Both the position numbers and the translations under genes were made by a program. From assembly GCF_964355755.1 (NCBI RefSeq), contig NC_092679.1, positions 21,001,432 to 21,065,431 of the forward strand: DNA of 64,000 nt, written 5' to 3'. Origin of the DNA: Antedon mediterranea (Eukaryota > Animalia > Echinodermata). The notes below the pieces were generated by a model. The model was not told where the DNA came from. It worked only from the letters and a program-made list of their open reading frames with translations, and made no database searches. Shown here in pieces: positions 13,004 through 26,890 of the stretch (position 1 is the first letter of the stretch; each line of letters begins with the position of its first letter).

Positions 13004-13154
13004 GTCTACAGTATCAACTTTTATGTGACAAAAAAATGTGATGTGCCCATATATGTACATGATGATGTCATATCAATACCATATTTAAAAATTTCACTAC
13101 CATATTTGGGAACATCACAGTTATTTTGTTTAGTTTGATAGTGTAGACAGAGCT
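13004..13154 (-). mobile_element. MITE family A copy
   Basis: GTCTACAGTATCAAC...GTTTGATAGTGTAGACAGAGCT|TTA. Confidence 0.85.
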
Positions 13155-14775
13155 TTAAAGGTTCTCTTTAGACCAGTCAAATGTGGCCCGAATTCTTCAA
13201 AGGTAAATGTACAATACATCCTTATATGAACGCACTTTAAACTTTTACAAAGAAATGATATTGATTGATAATAATTAAATATTCTAAAAAAAGACTATTA
13301 TTACATTTAATTGATACAAACTATCAAAAAACGTAAATGGAAAATGCAAATGTAGGTCACTACGATGGGTAAATAATAACATCTGCAGGGTTGCTGTTAT
13401 ACGTAAATCAAATGAGCTTGTACTTTATTACAGGGATGAAGTAACAGTCAGTAATTGCTATTAAAATGGGTTGAAATAAGGTGGAGATTTTCCTCAATGA
13501 ACAAAATTATATAATACTGTAGGTTACCTAACGTTTTTTTTATTTAATTGTCTGTGTTTGTAAAACAATACCATTCACTAAAATTGATTTTTTGTGCTGA
13601 TATGGGTAAACTTCTATTTTCATTCATTTAGCATCCATTCAACAATACATTTAAAATACATAACAAATAAAAATTACAAAACTAAGTACATGCTATTAGA
13701 AAATAGATTTACTGTATTTATATTGGTATTGTATTTTGGTTGAAATTTGGTAGCTTTTCCTAAAAACCAGTATTACATAAAGGTTTTTAATGAATAATAC
13801 AAATTCTTTTATGTACAATAATTGTCAATACTTTTAAAACAATACATTTGTTTGCCCTAAAAATTAGTAAAAATACAAGTATACATTTATTTATATATGC
13901 CTAAGTGGTAATTACAAAAAATGGTTAAACCCCAAAATGGAATAAGTTTTATTAATTATACCATCATTTGGGAATTATATAATTGATATTGGTAATAAAA
14001 ACAAACAGTCAAAAAAAAGGGCTGGAAAGTAGGCTACCCTTAGGCTGGATGAATCTTTGTGGTGGAATCGTAACGAAGCTGGCAGAAGGAGGACACAGGC
14101 CTGTAAAACGACTTTACAATTGGAATACCCGAAGGGCAAACTTTACTATTTTCAGGGTTTCTACTAACCCATTTTAACACCTGGTAGAACTTAAAAGTCA
14201 ATTGGTACCAGAGGGCTAGCAATTATTGTATTTACTTGTTGATCGCTATCTTTATTAAGTAGGATTGATGATGATTTTTAGGTTGAGAGTGTTGAATCCG
14301 GGAGTTGTTGTAATAATTTAACAATTCCCTGGTTGAATAATTCATTTAAATATAGACACATGGTTAATAATCATGAGGAGTTTATAACCAAACTAATATT
14401 AATAATAATTGTCATTTGTAAAATCATTTATTATTGTTATAACTGATAAAAACATTATTCAATAAACTTGGAAGTCCTAAAACAAACTGAAACTGAATTT
14501 CTTCACCCATAAATATAAAGTATAAACATTGTAACATAGATAAAACATATCAAGGGATATTAAATTGTAAAACAAAATTAAATATAGGTATTGATTGTAG
14601 ATTTGAAAATAACAAGGGGCCTTATTAATATTTAACTGTACTGTAAAAAAGCAAAAGTAAATTTATATCAGAGTGATTTAAGAACATCATTTTGACCATC
14701 TTAATAATTTTGAAAAGTAGAATAGTAGAAATAAAAAATATTCAGATAAACTAATTTGGAATAAACATTTAAAGA

Positions 14776-14842
14776 AGAACAATGTATTTAATAAAGAACA
14801 ATGTATTTTATAAAGAACAATGTATTTTATAAAGAACAATGT
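14776..14842. repeat. 19-bp minisatellite (AAAGAACAATGTATTTWAT) x~3.5
   Basis: Directly visible tandem units. Confidence 0.9.
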
Positions 14843-14957
14843 GTTCTTTTATTACAGATTCACACCTCTGTGGACAAAGAAGTGTGAGAACGGACACTGG
14901 ACAAAGTAAGTTAAAACAACCCCCAAATATTACAATTATTTATACTTGTTTACTTAC

Positions 14958-15560
14958 TTTAATATGCCTAACTATAATATATAGATTAAATATTGTCTTT
15001 ATCGATTTTGTAACTTCCGCTGTACATAATAGACAAGACATCGTTAAAACCCGTTTGGTAGGCCTATACGAACACGGTTGGTTCATTGTCCGTCCATTCG
15101 GTCATCAGACCGGCCGTAGTGACAAATGATGAACACACAATCGTTACGTACGCAAGGTATCTTAACAAAAAATATTCGGAATATTCTGTTGTGATTAGAT
15201 TAAAGTTTTATAGCAACGTCAAATTGACAGACGGTATTTTATAATTACGTAAAATACAGGTTTAAAATTTCCACTCCAGTGCCTCGGAGCATCTCGGAGG
15301 AGGATACTACCGGAGCATCCTATATACCTACAAAGATCAAATGTTCTACCGCGATTGACCGGTATCTATCCTTCTTCGGACAAATCACCATCGTGATTTT
15401 TTCTCTATTTTAACTTACCCTTTTAAACTGAGCATACTTCATAGAAAGATCCCCGCATGTACATTCCTGGGATATTCGTTCTCATAGAATAATGGAAAAC
15501 TTCCAGATTCGATCATTTCATTACAAAGTACACTGTGTATGTGGTAAAACAAAGCATGCC
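14958..15560 (-). other. Putative non-coding 5' exons of a leftward-transcribed gene
   Basis: Minus-strand donor AAGG|GTAAGT at 15418 and acceptor TCTTTGTAG| at 15328 define a 91-nt intron. A second donor AAA|GTAAGT lies at 14957. The segment sits at the CpG-rich/CpG-poor transition and contains only short ORFs. Confidence 0.35.
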
Positions 15561-15800
15561 ATATGACTCACACGCAACCTTTTGTGTTTACCGTATCTGC
15601 AATCTGTTGTAAGCATTCACCGACGATTTAATACATAGCGCCCTCTATAATCTTAACCAATCACTGGTCTACGGTTAGTCCAAGACGATTTTTTCGAGTC
15701 GCAAGAATTTTAATTCGACACCCACCGATATATTTTATACATTAGATGTAGAAACAGACACACATTATATGACGTGAGTTGTATCTGTGTACATATAAGG
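15540..15800. promoter_or_regulatory. Promoter-like motif cluster
   Basis: TGACTCA (~15564), CTCF-core-like AGCGCCCTCTA (~15637), CCAAT (~15657) and TGACGT (~15770) at the CpG transition. Confidence 0.35.
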
Positions 15801-16700
15801 ATAAATGATTGAAGATTTTATTACTTTTGTAAACTACTTTTTCTTAAGGTAACTTTTGCAAAACTATCGAGTGTCTCCGAAGTAAAAATTGTACTGTATT
15901 TAAAAAGTCTGAAATTTCAAACCAATTCGTTCAATAATGTCATTTATTTTCTGGAACGAATTTTTTTATTTTTTACTATATTTGAAAATCTTCAAATGGT
16001 GAAATATTTTTACACATATTAGAGGCTTGGTTGAACAATTTATTTTGTTGATAAAACTATAGGTCTGCTTTTGTTTTGTATAAATCTTAATGTTTTAAGC
16101 CGTTCAGTTTTGCCGATTATCGTTTATACAAGATATAAACCGATACATCGTGTAGATCAATGTATCTGGAAAAACGTTTTTCGACGCAATAAAAACTTAT
16201 TATGTGAATGCAGACATAAACCCACCAAGGACGATATCTTTTCGTTTTAGGGTAAAGTGTGGATTATTAGGTAATAGCCATATTTTCTGTTAACTTAATC
16301 GTTAAGTAAACTTTTCTAACAGACCTACTTCTGAAAATAACGAATCATTACTGGACATCAATACCGCCCTCATTAAGCACGCTAACATTAATGCTATTGC
16401 ATCCAAAATGTAGGCCTACACATTCATTAATATTTTGATTATATGGTTTGTGTTACAAACAAATGTTAAATATTACACCAACTAATTTAAGTCGTTAGAT
16501 GACATGTTTAAGATGTTTTCTCTATAAGCCGAATGAAAACGGACGTTTATACTCTTTCGGATTTACGAACTAAAACAATAATAATAGATTTAAAACATTT
16601 ATTACAATAATAAAGTTAGATGCACTAGGCTTATATCTCAATGCTTCGTCCATTACAAATTTCGTTTGTTTTATATCTGTATTAAATCCTCAATGTTTAA

Positions 16701-16855
16701 AGCTCTGTCTAAACTATCAAACTAGTTTGACAAAAAAATGTTATGTTCATAATAGTGATATGCCAAAATATGGTAGTGATATGACATCATCATGTCATGC
16801 ATATATGGTCATATCACATTTTTGTCACATAACGTTTGATAGTGTAGACAGAGCT
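16701..16855 (+). mobile_element. MITE family A, full length (PIF/Harbinger-like)
   Basis: 22-bp TIRs AGCTCTGTCTA(A/C)ACTATCAAAC / GTTTGATAGTGTAGACAGAGCT with TAA on both flanks. A 3-bp TWA TSD is the PIF/Harbinger signature. Confidence 0.92.
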
Positions 16856-17408
16856 TAACGAATAGTATGTTCATATTTAAACAATTTGAAATAACGAACA
16901 TTTTTTATTTATGCCAAATTAGATGTAGGCTTAGATAAATAGTGTAGTTTTTTTGTTTACATATTATAAATGATTGTATGAACGAAATCTTAATATATGT
17001 GCAGATTCGTATAGAAGGGAGGATACGTTTATGAATTCAATCTTTCACTGAGACTGTATAACAACATTGTTGTCCATTTTCGATTTTCAGATTCTGAATT
17101 ACTAAACTATTCAAATAACAATTAAAATAAAAATGATAACAGAAAATGCGACTATTAATGCTAGAAATAGTAATAATAGGCATAATTATATATTGATATT
17201 TATTTATGTATCTCTATTTCTATCTATATTTCATTTCAACGACACGACACAATAAAGTATATTTGTATCATAGTAGTATTATATGAAGATATCGATGAAT
17301 TTAAAGAAATTTGTGAACAATTTTTACATTTAACTAATAGAAATACTAATATAAATTTTCATGAAATTAACTACAAAATATTGACGAATGAATTATGCGA
17401 AATATCAC

Positions 17409-17525
17409 AGCTCTGTCTACACTATCAAATGTGACAACAAAGTATGATGTACCCAAATATTGTAGTGATATGCTTAAATATGGTAGTGTTGTTGTCACAT
17501 ACAGTTTGATAGTGTAGACAGAGCT
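17409..17525 (+). mobile_element. MITE family A, internally deleted with intact TIRs
   Basis: AGCTCTGTCTACACTATCAAA...TTTGATAGTGTAGACAGAGCT, 117 bp. Confidence 0.9.
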
Positions 17526-18804
17526 TATCATAATTTTCAAACAAATATTCGAACCTGTAATATAGTAAAGGAGGCACGCGAACCACGAGAGATCCGCGCC
17601 GACGACATGCGAAGTCATTGTCAGTAAAATATATAACGAATCTACAGACTTGGTAGTAAAGATTTACTGAAGAAAATATGTTGCATTTGATGAGAATGAG
17701 AGAGGTTTTCTGGAATTATATAAAAGTAGTAGAACGAATTTGAATGGATAATGAAAAGCGGGACAGTCACGGCGAACCAACCTCGCATTTTGTTATCAAT
17801 TAGCCAAGTCCGATCGATGGCGCAATCTGTTTTTTTTCTTTCCCTTTTTGAACCCTGCTCATCCAACATGTTCCCGTGCCATGATTTAGCAAAAAATATC
17901 AATAAATCTCGATACTTATAATATCGAAACTGACAAATGTAACGAATTGAAGTTTTGCAATCAAGAACGCTGCTCCTAAAATGTGTCCAATTGTGCGTAA
18001 TAAACGCATAATAAGTGTTAATAATTATAATAATAATCGATAAAATACAGTGACAATAATTACGGTTCTATTCTTGATATAGAAAATATGGACTTGAATG
18101 CTAATATAATGACCTTAAATAACTGTTATCTTCATATTCGGCTTAATAAATAAAATGGTTAATAATATAATATTACAGACCTCTACATTTGAAAAACATT
18201 TACAATGACCAACCCACGTAACTTTAAAGATAATTGTCCACTAAAAAAATCGTGTTTTAAATTTTTCTTGTTGAATATGCCAGTAAGTAAATACATTATT
18301 ACAACTGCAAAATGGCCTATATATGTCAGAGATAAAACTGCGGCGATGTTTAGTGTCTTAGACGAGAATCTGGTGTTGTATATCGGTATAAATCATGGTA
18401 TATATCGCAATGATAACTGTTAAAAAAAATTAGGCTGTGAAGGTATTACGTTTGTTAAATAAACAATAAATTGAAGATTATAGTTTAAATCTAACTTTTG
18501 AAAAAAGCGGTCTGATCCATTCGCTATGAAATATCTTCACTACATTATGCTCATTTATCAGGAAGTTACATACATACACGAAACAACATTAATATCCTAA
18601 TATTTATTACTTCATTAATTACAAGCAGTAAAATCATTAGTGTCATTGGTAGGATTAATACATTTTGAATTGATACATCTTAGTCTACGCCAATGAACAA
18701 ACCAACAAGTAATCACACATGAGCCTAAGGTGATAACTAGTTTGAGGGATGAGTTAGTTTACCTAATAATCGATAATAAAATGATTTCATAAATCGTCAA
18801 CACA

Positions 18805-18990
18805 AAGCTGACGCGCGAGTACAAACACCACGTCAGTATCATCCGTGTTTGAACGCGCGCGTACAAAAAAAACATACTATTTTCATCAACATTGGAACGC
18901 GTGTGTTTAAAAACCGTATTTTTATCTTTTGCACATGCGCGTACGTTTTTTTATCAGCAATTAAACGCGTGCGTACAAAAATGACCGTAA
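18805..18990. repeat. Cluster of ACGCGCGCGTAC-type motifs (dispersed family C)
   Basis: Five variants (GACGCGCGAGTAC, AACGCGCGCGTAC, AACGCGTGTGT, CATGCGCGTAC, AACGCGTGCGTAC) spaced ~30-45 bp apart. Confidence 0.65.
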
Positions 18991-21900
18991 AAAGTTTCAT
19001 TTACAAACACATTCATAACCGCTATAAAATAATGAATATAAAGATCAACGTTTCTTTCTGTTAGTACAAAATGGTACAAAAACGAGAAATTAGTTATAAT
19101 GTGTATATTACCGCCTAATTGGTTATTATAAGTATTTATTTTAAAGTTTATTTCAAATGATATATTAATTTTTATCGCACCGCTTGATTAACAAATTGCT
19201 TGTGAACAGAAGGTTCACAAACTTCAAATTCAATTTGATGTCACATAAAATAAAATAATTTTTCTTACAGCAATACATCAACATTGTAAGTCGTGAAAAA
19301 GTACCGTTGTTTAAACACTCACCGGTAACCGTACCACTAGTTTATCGTACGATGTTCTCAACGCGATTCGCACTTAGTCCTACATTTTCCAACCTCCGAG
19401 TATGTCCTTCTTTTTTTTGTTCATGACAGCTTCTCACAATCCCAATTTACAATCTAAAGTCGGATGCTTATCTTTAAAAAATATGTTTAATCACCAGTGA
19501 CAAACAGCGTTTCGCTCTATTGCAATCAGAGAAGATTTTGGAAGATCTACAATAAGTAAAACAGTGGTGCGGTTGTTTTTGTTGTCCGGTGCGCGCGATT
19601 CTCTGTCGTGTGAACTTTTTTTAAGCGCCAGAAGAACGGTGGAAAAATGACATACCTTATATAACACGTCATTTATATAATTGTGTGAGAACAAAATATT
19701 ATATAACTTTTAATGTGTTGAAGCTGAAGGATATAAATCTAGAAATAATTATTTGAAATTTCCAATGAGGAAACGATTGTTTCAGCAGCATTGCTATGTT
19801 TGTAATGTTCCCTACAATTATTAGCTGATGATGTAACTGAACACCAGGAAACATCAAATAAAACAGGTGGTTTTTCCACAAACAAATATTCATATGAATT
19901 GCATTACATTTCAATATATAAAGTTATAATATGTATATGCAGTTTGATAATAGTAACTAAAAATAATAACTAAAATAATGTAAATCTTGAATAAATTTTT
20001 AAAATTTATAAAAATAATATACCATGAAATGAATACAAATCACTAAGGAAAAAGGTCCATTTAAAGAAGGTAGGACATTCATAGTAATAGCAATAACAAA
20101 GATTTACTGTACTAAAAAAAAAAAAATTATTTGAAATTTACAAATGTATATGTATAGGCCCCTATACGTTATTATTGAATATGCCGTTTTACATTCAATT
20201 ATTAGCGTATAGCAGGCATTCACTATTCACTATCACAGTACATGACTTAAAATGAATGTTACCAATAAACTAACCAGACAATTCCCATGAATATATAATA
20301 AAATCGATACATAACATATTATAATATAGTAATAAATATTCGATCGTCAGTGACATAGCAAATACACAAATTGAACGCGCGCGCATTTAATTAGTGATGA
20401 AATATGTACGCGTGCGTTTATTTTGTGTTAAATTTGTTACTGACGATGTAAGAGGGAAGACTGAATAACTAAAAAGTTTCATTCTTCTCCCTTGTGTTTA
20501 AACTACATACGTCCAAGCTCACCTTCAACCCTAGTAGAGTAATAAGCTCCTCACAGACAAGATATGAAATTGGGAATGATCTTGGATGACCAATGGGAAA
20601 TATCCCTGCTGAGAAAAGGAGGTTAAGACATGTATCCCGGATGTATATCTACTAATCTATATAAGGTCGTTCAAGTGCCATATTTTTATCAATAGAAACT
20701 TATTTTTAATTGTTAGTTGATACCTTTTATGTTATGGAAAGTTTCTTTAGTCTTGGAAACTATCCCGCACTGTACAATCAATTATGAATACAATTTCATC
20801 GTCTTACAAAATATGGCCTCTTGAAATAAGTTGGTTTTAATTGAAAAAGTTGAAGTGTTTAAAAACCAAAGGCTCAATGGTTGTCGTAGAGAGATTCTAA
20901 AGGGATCTTGCCATTCCGGGTTGTTTCATCAGAAAGGATAGTCTGGTTGGGCTCTGATTTCCGATTCAGGAGTGCCCGGATGTGATCGGAAATGGATGAA
21001 TTCAGATCCTTATCAATTTCTTTCAACACAAAAAGGCTATTAATTGCTAATTAGGTAGGGCTAAAAATAAATTACAATAATACCAACACCTCGTTTGGGA
21101 CTTAATAATAGGTAAAAATTACCTACCGGGTTTTCGATTTTGTAAGCCAATAGAATTATCTCCAAACAAATGTTACCGTACCTTCGCAATTAAATTCTTA
21201 CAACTACTTGGTACCGTACAATAATTAATCACGAGAAGTACTATGCAAACAAGTAACTAATCAGTCCTTAAATATTGAATAATTAAATAAGGAAAGTGTT
21301 TCTATTAATTATTAGGCCTTATACATACAAAAATTGTTGAATTATCAGAATAGGCCTTTTGCAACGTATCGAAAACATGCGCATCCGGATAAAGGTTTAA
21401 GCTATTACACGTCACTGTTATAGGCTATCTTCACCCCGACTTCAACATTTGAAAACATTTATTCATTTTAAATGAACTGACATTTCATGTAACCCAAGTT
21501 GTCTTATTAAATATTAAATTGTTCAACACAGACATATGCCACGACACATTTCTTGTTATAGGTTATTGCCATGGTCCGCGCTATAGTGAATGGTACAGAA
21601 GTATGCCTCATTTTAAAAGTTAAAATCTGACATTTACAATGTTGGTGCACCTTATCAATGATTAAAACAAATTAATTTAGTAATTCCCTACGGTTATTAT
21701 GTTCACAATTGAATGTTGGTTTTGTTTTCGTTCAATTTGTTTGTCAGAATATGGTAGAATATTGAACAACTGATCATTATAACATATTCAATTGTATTCA
21801 GTTACACTAATTTTTTTTCTTCCAAAATTCTATATTCTATACCGTATATTAATCAGTATATTTTCACGAAAAAAAAATATCTATCAATCAATCAAGTTAA

Positions 21901-24773
21901 CATTTATTTATTTCAAATCAAAATAACAATAAAAACATTTCTTTCAATTTACAAATAATTTATGAAATTAAAACAGACTGGAAAAGAAAGAAGTGTCTAA
22001 CAAAATGGTAATACATATCTTTTGTTTTTGTCATTAAATTTAAAAAGTTTTGACCAATATGTAAATGTTATAATACAAAATCGATCATGCACGCGCGCAT
22101 TAAAGTACGCATATTCCTCAAGTTTGAATGTATACGTGGTTCATTAACCATTTATTTTTTTAAAGATTAATTACATTTGGAATTAGTCCTTTTTTTTATT
22201 AATGCAAACTGTTTTAGACGTGCCTCTACATTTCGACACAAAGTTTTAAACAAAAACTCCTTTGTAAAATAAGACTATGTGTTTATTCGTACACATTTAT
22301 TCACATCACAATGGACAATGTAGGCCAGTTTACATGTACAGTTATTTGTCGAGTTATGTGCGAACGAAAATTGCGTATATGCCAAAATAATTGGAATTTC
22401 TGTCTTGTAAATATAGATAGAGAAAAAAAGACGGGATAAAAGATGATGATCATTATAATCAACAAGGTTTTAGATACGTTTACCATTGTTATATTATGAA
22501 TGACACTTGTAAGAAGTGACCTTGTTTCGTCTTAATTGTACACATGTTTCGAGACATGATTGATATTCTAATATAAAGTCTAAACGTTTGGTGATTCCCA
22601 AGTCCTTTGTGCCATGTTATAAAGCTAATAACGACGGCCAGTTTGCATTGTCTTATGTACAGCGAACGAATGCAGGCCTAGGCCTATATCGGCCGCCGCT
22701 GCCGTGATTTAAGTAAGGCTTCGACCATGGCCAATCATTGTGTTTAATTCCGGTTGGACGATCGTAGAATTCAAAAGTTTTTTATTCAAAGAAACGGGCC
22801 TCTCAATTATCGATCATTAGCCTGTTAATTTTTTTCTGCTGTTCTTTGTTGTTCCTTTCTCGATGTTTACCAACCGACAAATCAAGTAGTTCTCAATTTT
22901 AACACATTTATTTTATGAATTAATGTCAATACTTTGAACGTTAATTTTAAAATATAGGTTACATTGACTTATTAGTTGATTGACATCCCCAAATGCTTAA
23001 ACTATCATGAAATAATTCAGACTATGATTTAAGTTAAACAATAGAAATATTAGATAAAGATCTAGGCCTAGATTTATATTATAAATAAACTATAGTTTAT
23101 CGACATTAAAACAACAACCGTCAAAGTAACACAAATCATTAATTCGTTTATGGCAGTTTGGGTATCGCTACAAAAATAATGTAGATTTAGAGTATAGGCC
23201 TATAAAGTAAAACCAGACCTTTCCTACACATTTTTATAAATGAAAATTAGGTCGTGGCAAAATAACGCTCGATTTAACACATCATACAGGCATCGCTTTA
23301 GCTAGAGACGAAATATTAAAAAAAGTTTTGTGGACGAGATCAAGAAATTAATGAACAGAGAACTCGACATGTGTTTACTATACGAACAGACGGCGAATTC
23401 ATGCATTTGCGCACATTCACCTGGCACATTAGGGGATGCACCAACGAACACGTTGGAAAAGAGCCAAACTTAGCCACTAAAAATAACGACATACTCATCA
23501 AAGTAAGTAGGCCTACACGAAAAAAGACTGATTAAAATATAAATAGTTATTTATCATTACGTAATGGTGGTAGGTCTATAATAATCACGCGGTAAGTGGC
23601 GCTGCATGACACGCAATGCGTGAACATTAATATATGCGTGAAAAATCCCATTTGCCAACTGCGCTCAACACAAACGCGTCGATACGATTTGTGAACCAGC
23701 CCACATCAAATGATAGTTTACACGGCGCGCATTATTATTAATCGCTATATAAAAGTGTTATTGTCTGTGCAATTTATTAGGTCAATGAGGATATTTCGTG
23801 ACTTTGATCGGCAGATGATTCGTAAAGTAAAATGTTGGTTGGGCTCACCACGACTTACATCAAAGAAGGCCGGGTCAAGGCGGTCAGTTAGAAAGTATGC
23901 CGCTACGACGAACTTCATTTCGGCTCCCTATTACCGATATAATTTCTTAGTAACTTATGTAATTATTAGTTTATAACTCGTCGTAATCATTGGCGCTTCA
24001 CGACTGTAACTTATGTTTGAAGTAACATTTCGATTAGGTGTGTATATCATTATTAGAGGTACAACGGCTGATAATGCAGAAATGTGATATAGAGTGATTA
24101 TGATTATTTATCAATTTTCCTTCTCTTGACACATTTATCTTTATTAGTGTATGGTCTGTGTATTAAAGAGCGAATGTTATCTGCCGTATGTCCAACATTA
24201 ACGTTGTTGCCGTTGTCGTGTAATGTAGGCTATTTTGTCAACCTTCTTAGCCGGCCATATGGGCCTAGAGTATATTTTGTTATGTGTGAACACATGGCTT
24301 AACATGATGTATTGGACTTCAGAACAATTGAGTTACATCATTAAGTGTTATGGTGTCTGTATCCTAGATTCAGACCATGCCACGTAAGACAATACATTAT
24401 TAATAAACATTGTTGTTGCGTTTTAAAATACATGGGCCTATTTTATCAAGAAGTAGACCTGTAGAATAATGAATTTTATACTATCTTATTATACCGTAGT
24501 GTAATTGACGTATGCATTGAAAATGTTATATACCCTAACAGATCCACAAAATAAATAGTTGATAATTATTCTATAACGGATTCAGGAAATATGGTATTCT
24601 TAAAAGAAGAATTAAAATTATTAATTCAATAGCATGGTTTTGCAGAACTTATGTTTAGCGCGCCATAACTATTTTTGTATAATATCGTTTATAGAAGATT
24701 TTTTTTTACCAGAATATCGTTTATTTTGCGCACCATAATTTATATTTATTAGTCCACTAGTGTTTTTATACAA

Positions 24774-24914
24774 AGCTTGGTTCCCACTTAGTAGGGCTCA
24801 ACTTAAGAAAGAAGTAAGCGCAACACAAGTAAGTTAACCAATGACAAGCGACAGTTCGAATAATCCACCGTGTCTGATTGGTCAAATCATTTGCGTCTCT
24901 CCAGTGGGAACCAA
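24774..24914. mobile_element. MITE family B copy (PIF/Harbinger-like)
   Basis: AGCTTGGTTCCCACT...AGTGGGAACCAA with internal CCAATGACAAGCGACAGTTCGAATAATCC...GATTGGTCA shared with the 42784 copies. Confidence 0.85.
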
Positions 24915-26558
24915 TAATTAATGTGGATTTGAACCAGGGACTTTAAAATACCATGACACGTCACAGTTCCTCAACGTACCTTCAATTAGCGTACATCATG
25001 GCTCATTAAGCAGGACAGCTAAGGTTTACAGGTGTAGAAAATGAATTAAGATATCACTGGAGACTAAAAACCAAGATGGATCGTAACAAAAGAGAAAATA
25101 TAACATTGTAAGAGCAGCCTGTTAAGCAAATGTAGGACTTGATATTAAGGTTAATATTGTTCTATAGTTGGTGAGTGGCTATCGTAACGAGCTTAAATTA
25201 TGTGTGGATAGTTTATAATGACATGATGGTTTTAGTGTTATATTAATATTTTATTGTTGTTGTGTAATAGATATCAATTGTATACAGTCATAATTTCTAC
25301 ACAGAACTAAAAATAATTGTTAACGATATTGTAATGATAATAATACAAAATGAACATATTATGATATAGAGTTAGAACCCCTTGTTTGGAAGACCCCTAA
25401 GTAATAGTACTTGCCCGTGAAACGAACGAAAGGAAATGTTATAAAACAACGGCCAACCACCCCCAATTTAGACCCCCGATACCGGGACCGCCCCGAAGAT
25501 TTTGTTATATACGTTTGTTGATTGTATGATATATATATATGTGTGTATTGATTGTGCCGATGCATGGCACATCTTCTCTTTTTTGTTCTAATACTGGAAA
25601 AAAAAAACAACAAACGTTACCTTAACAAAATTGTTTAAAGTTAGTTCTGAAAAGTGTAAAAGACATTTCCACCCAAGTAACACATTTTATTGAATCCGAT
25701 CAAGTTGCTTAAATAATATGAAATAACTGCCGGTATTTAATAAATCTTATCAATTGGGTTTATTGTTGTCTAACGAAAAGAGCAAATAATGACGCAAAAC
25801 AATATTAATTGTTCCTTTGTTTTTTAGATTAATACAAATTTAATGATTAGACCCAAATTTGAAAAATACTAAATGATAGGTACGGTATCACATAAATATA
25901 ATACAATATATATTACAATATGAATATGGTGTTTCTGTCTGTTCATGAATCTAATATAAATATGTAGAATGGCGTCATCGAAAAGTATGGGCCCATTATG
26001 AGTTAGGAAAATTCTTTGCGCATGCTCGTTTAATTGATCGTCAAGGGATAAAATTGATTGTGGAAAGCGCCGCCAATGGTGCATAACGTGTTCGCGCGCT
26101 TCAAGAGCTCCTGGAAGTTACTAAACCAACGCCGACTTGATTCTCCTGGGTAGTATACAATGTATCACCTAAACTGAATGCAAATTAACAAAAGGCTAAA
26201 TACTCGTTAAATATGCGTACTTAATTACTCACTATCTAACACTTCATTTATTAATATTATTGCGTCGTTGACGCTCCATAATTTCCTAATCGCCTGTAAA
26301 TATAATAGATCAGTTTAATATAGGTTGTAATGAAATAGGCCTACTTATTATATCTTAATAAATATATGAAATATAAATGAATAAGATAAACATTAAGTCA
26401 AGAGTATGATGTTTTAGATAATATAGAATTAACGCAATAAATATCAGACATTTTTAACATAATTTTTATGCACGGCTTTACTAATAAAAGCTTACATTAT
26501 TATTAAAAATAATGTTTTATTAATGATAAATAACAAACCCTACGTTGGTATATCCTTG

Positions 26559-26890
26559 CAGTATTTATTCGAATAAACGCCCGCTTTGAATTAACCATTT
26601 GAATAACCGCCCCACATAGAACATCGTTTGGAATAAACACCCCCCCCCCTCCCCCCCTCCCTCAAATAAATGTCCGGGCCTTTATTTTTTTTTCTTCAAA
26701 TAAACGCACTGCCACATGCATATACACACAATATTGTATCATCACACATTTCTATTGACTATTTATATTGTCACTTGATATTGATTGCGTTGTATTTTTC
26801 ATATTTAGGGGAAATTTATTGGATTATACAAATAAACCGACTAAAAACCCCTGAACAATAAACGCACGCCCCCGGGCGTTTATTCTAATA
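26559..26890. mobile_element. Non-autonomous Tc1/mariner (Tc2/pogo-like) element
   Basis: TATTCGAATAAACGCCC near the left end and GGGCGTTTATTCTAATA at the right end form a 16/17 inverted match. Multiple internal AATAAACGC subrepeats. Confidence 0.7.
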
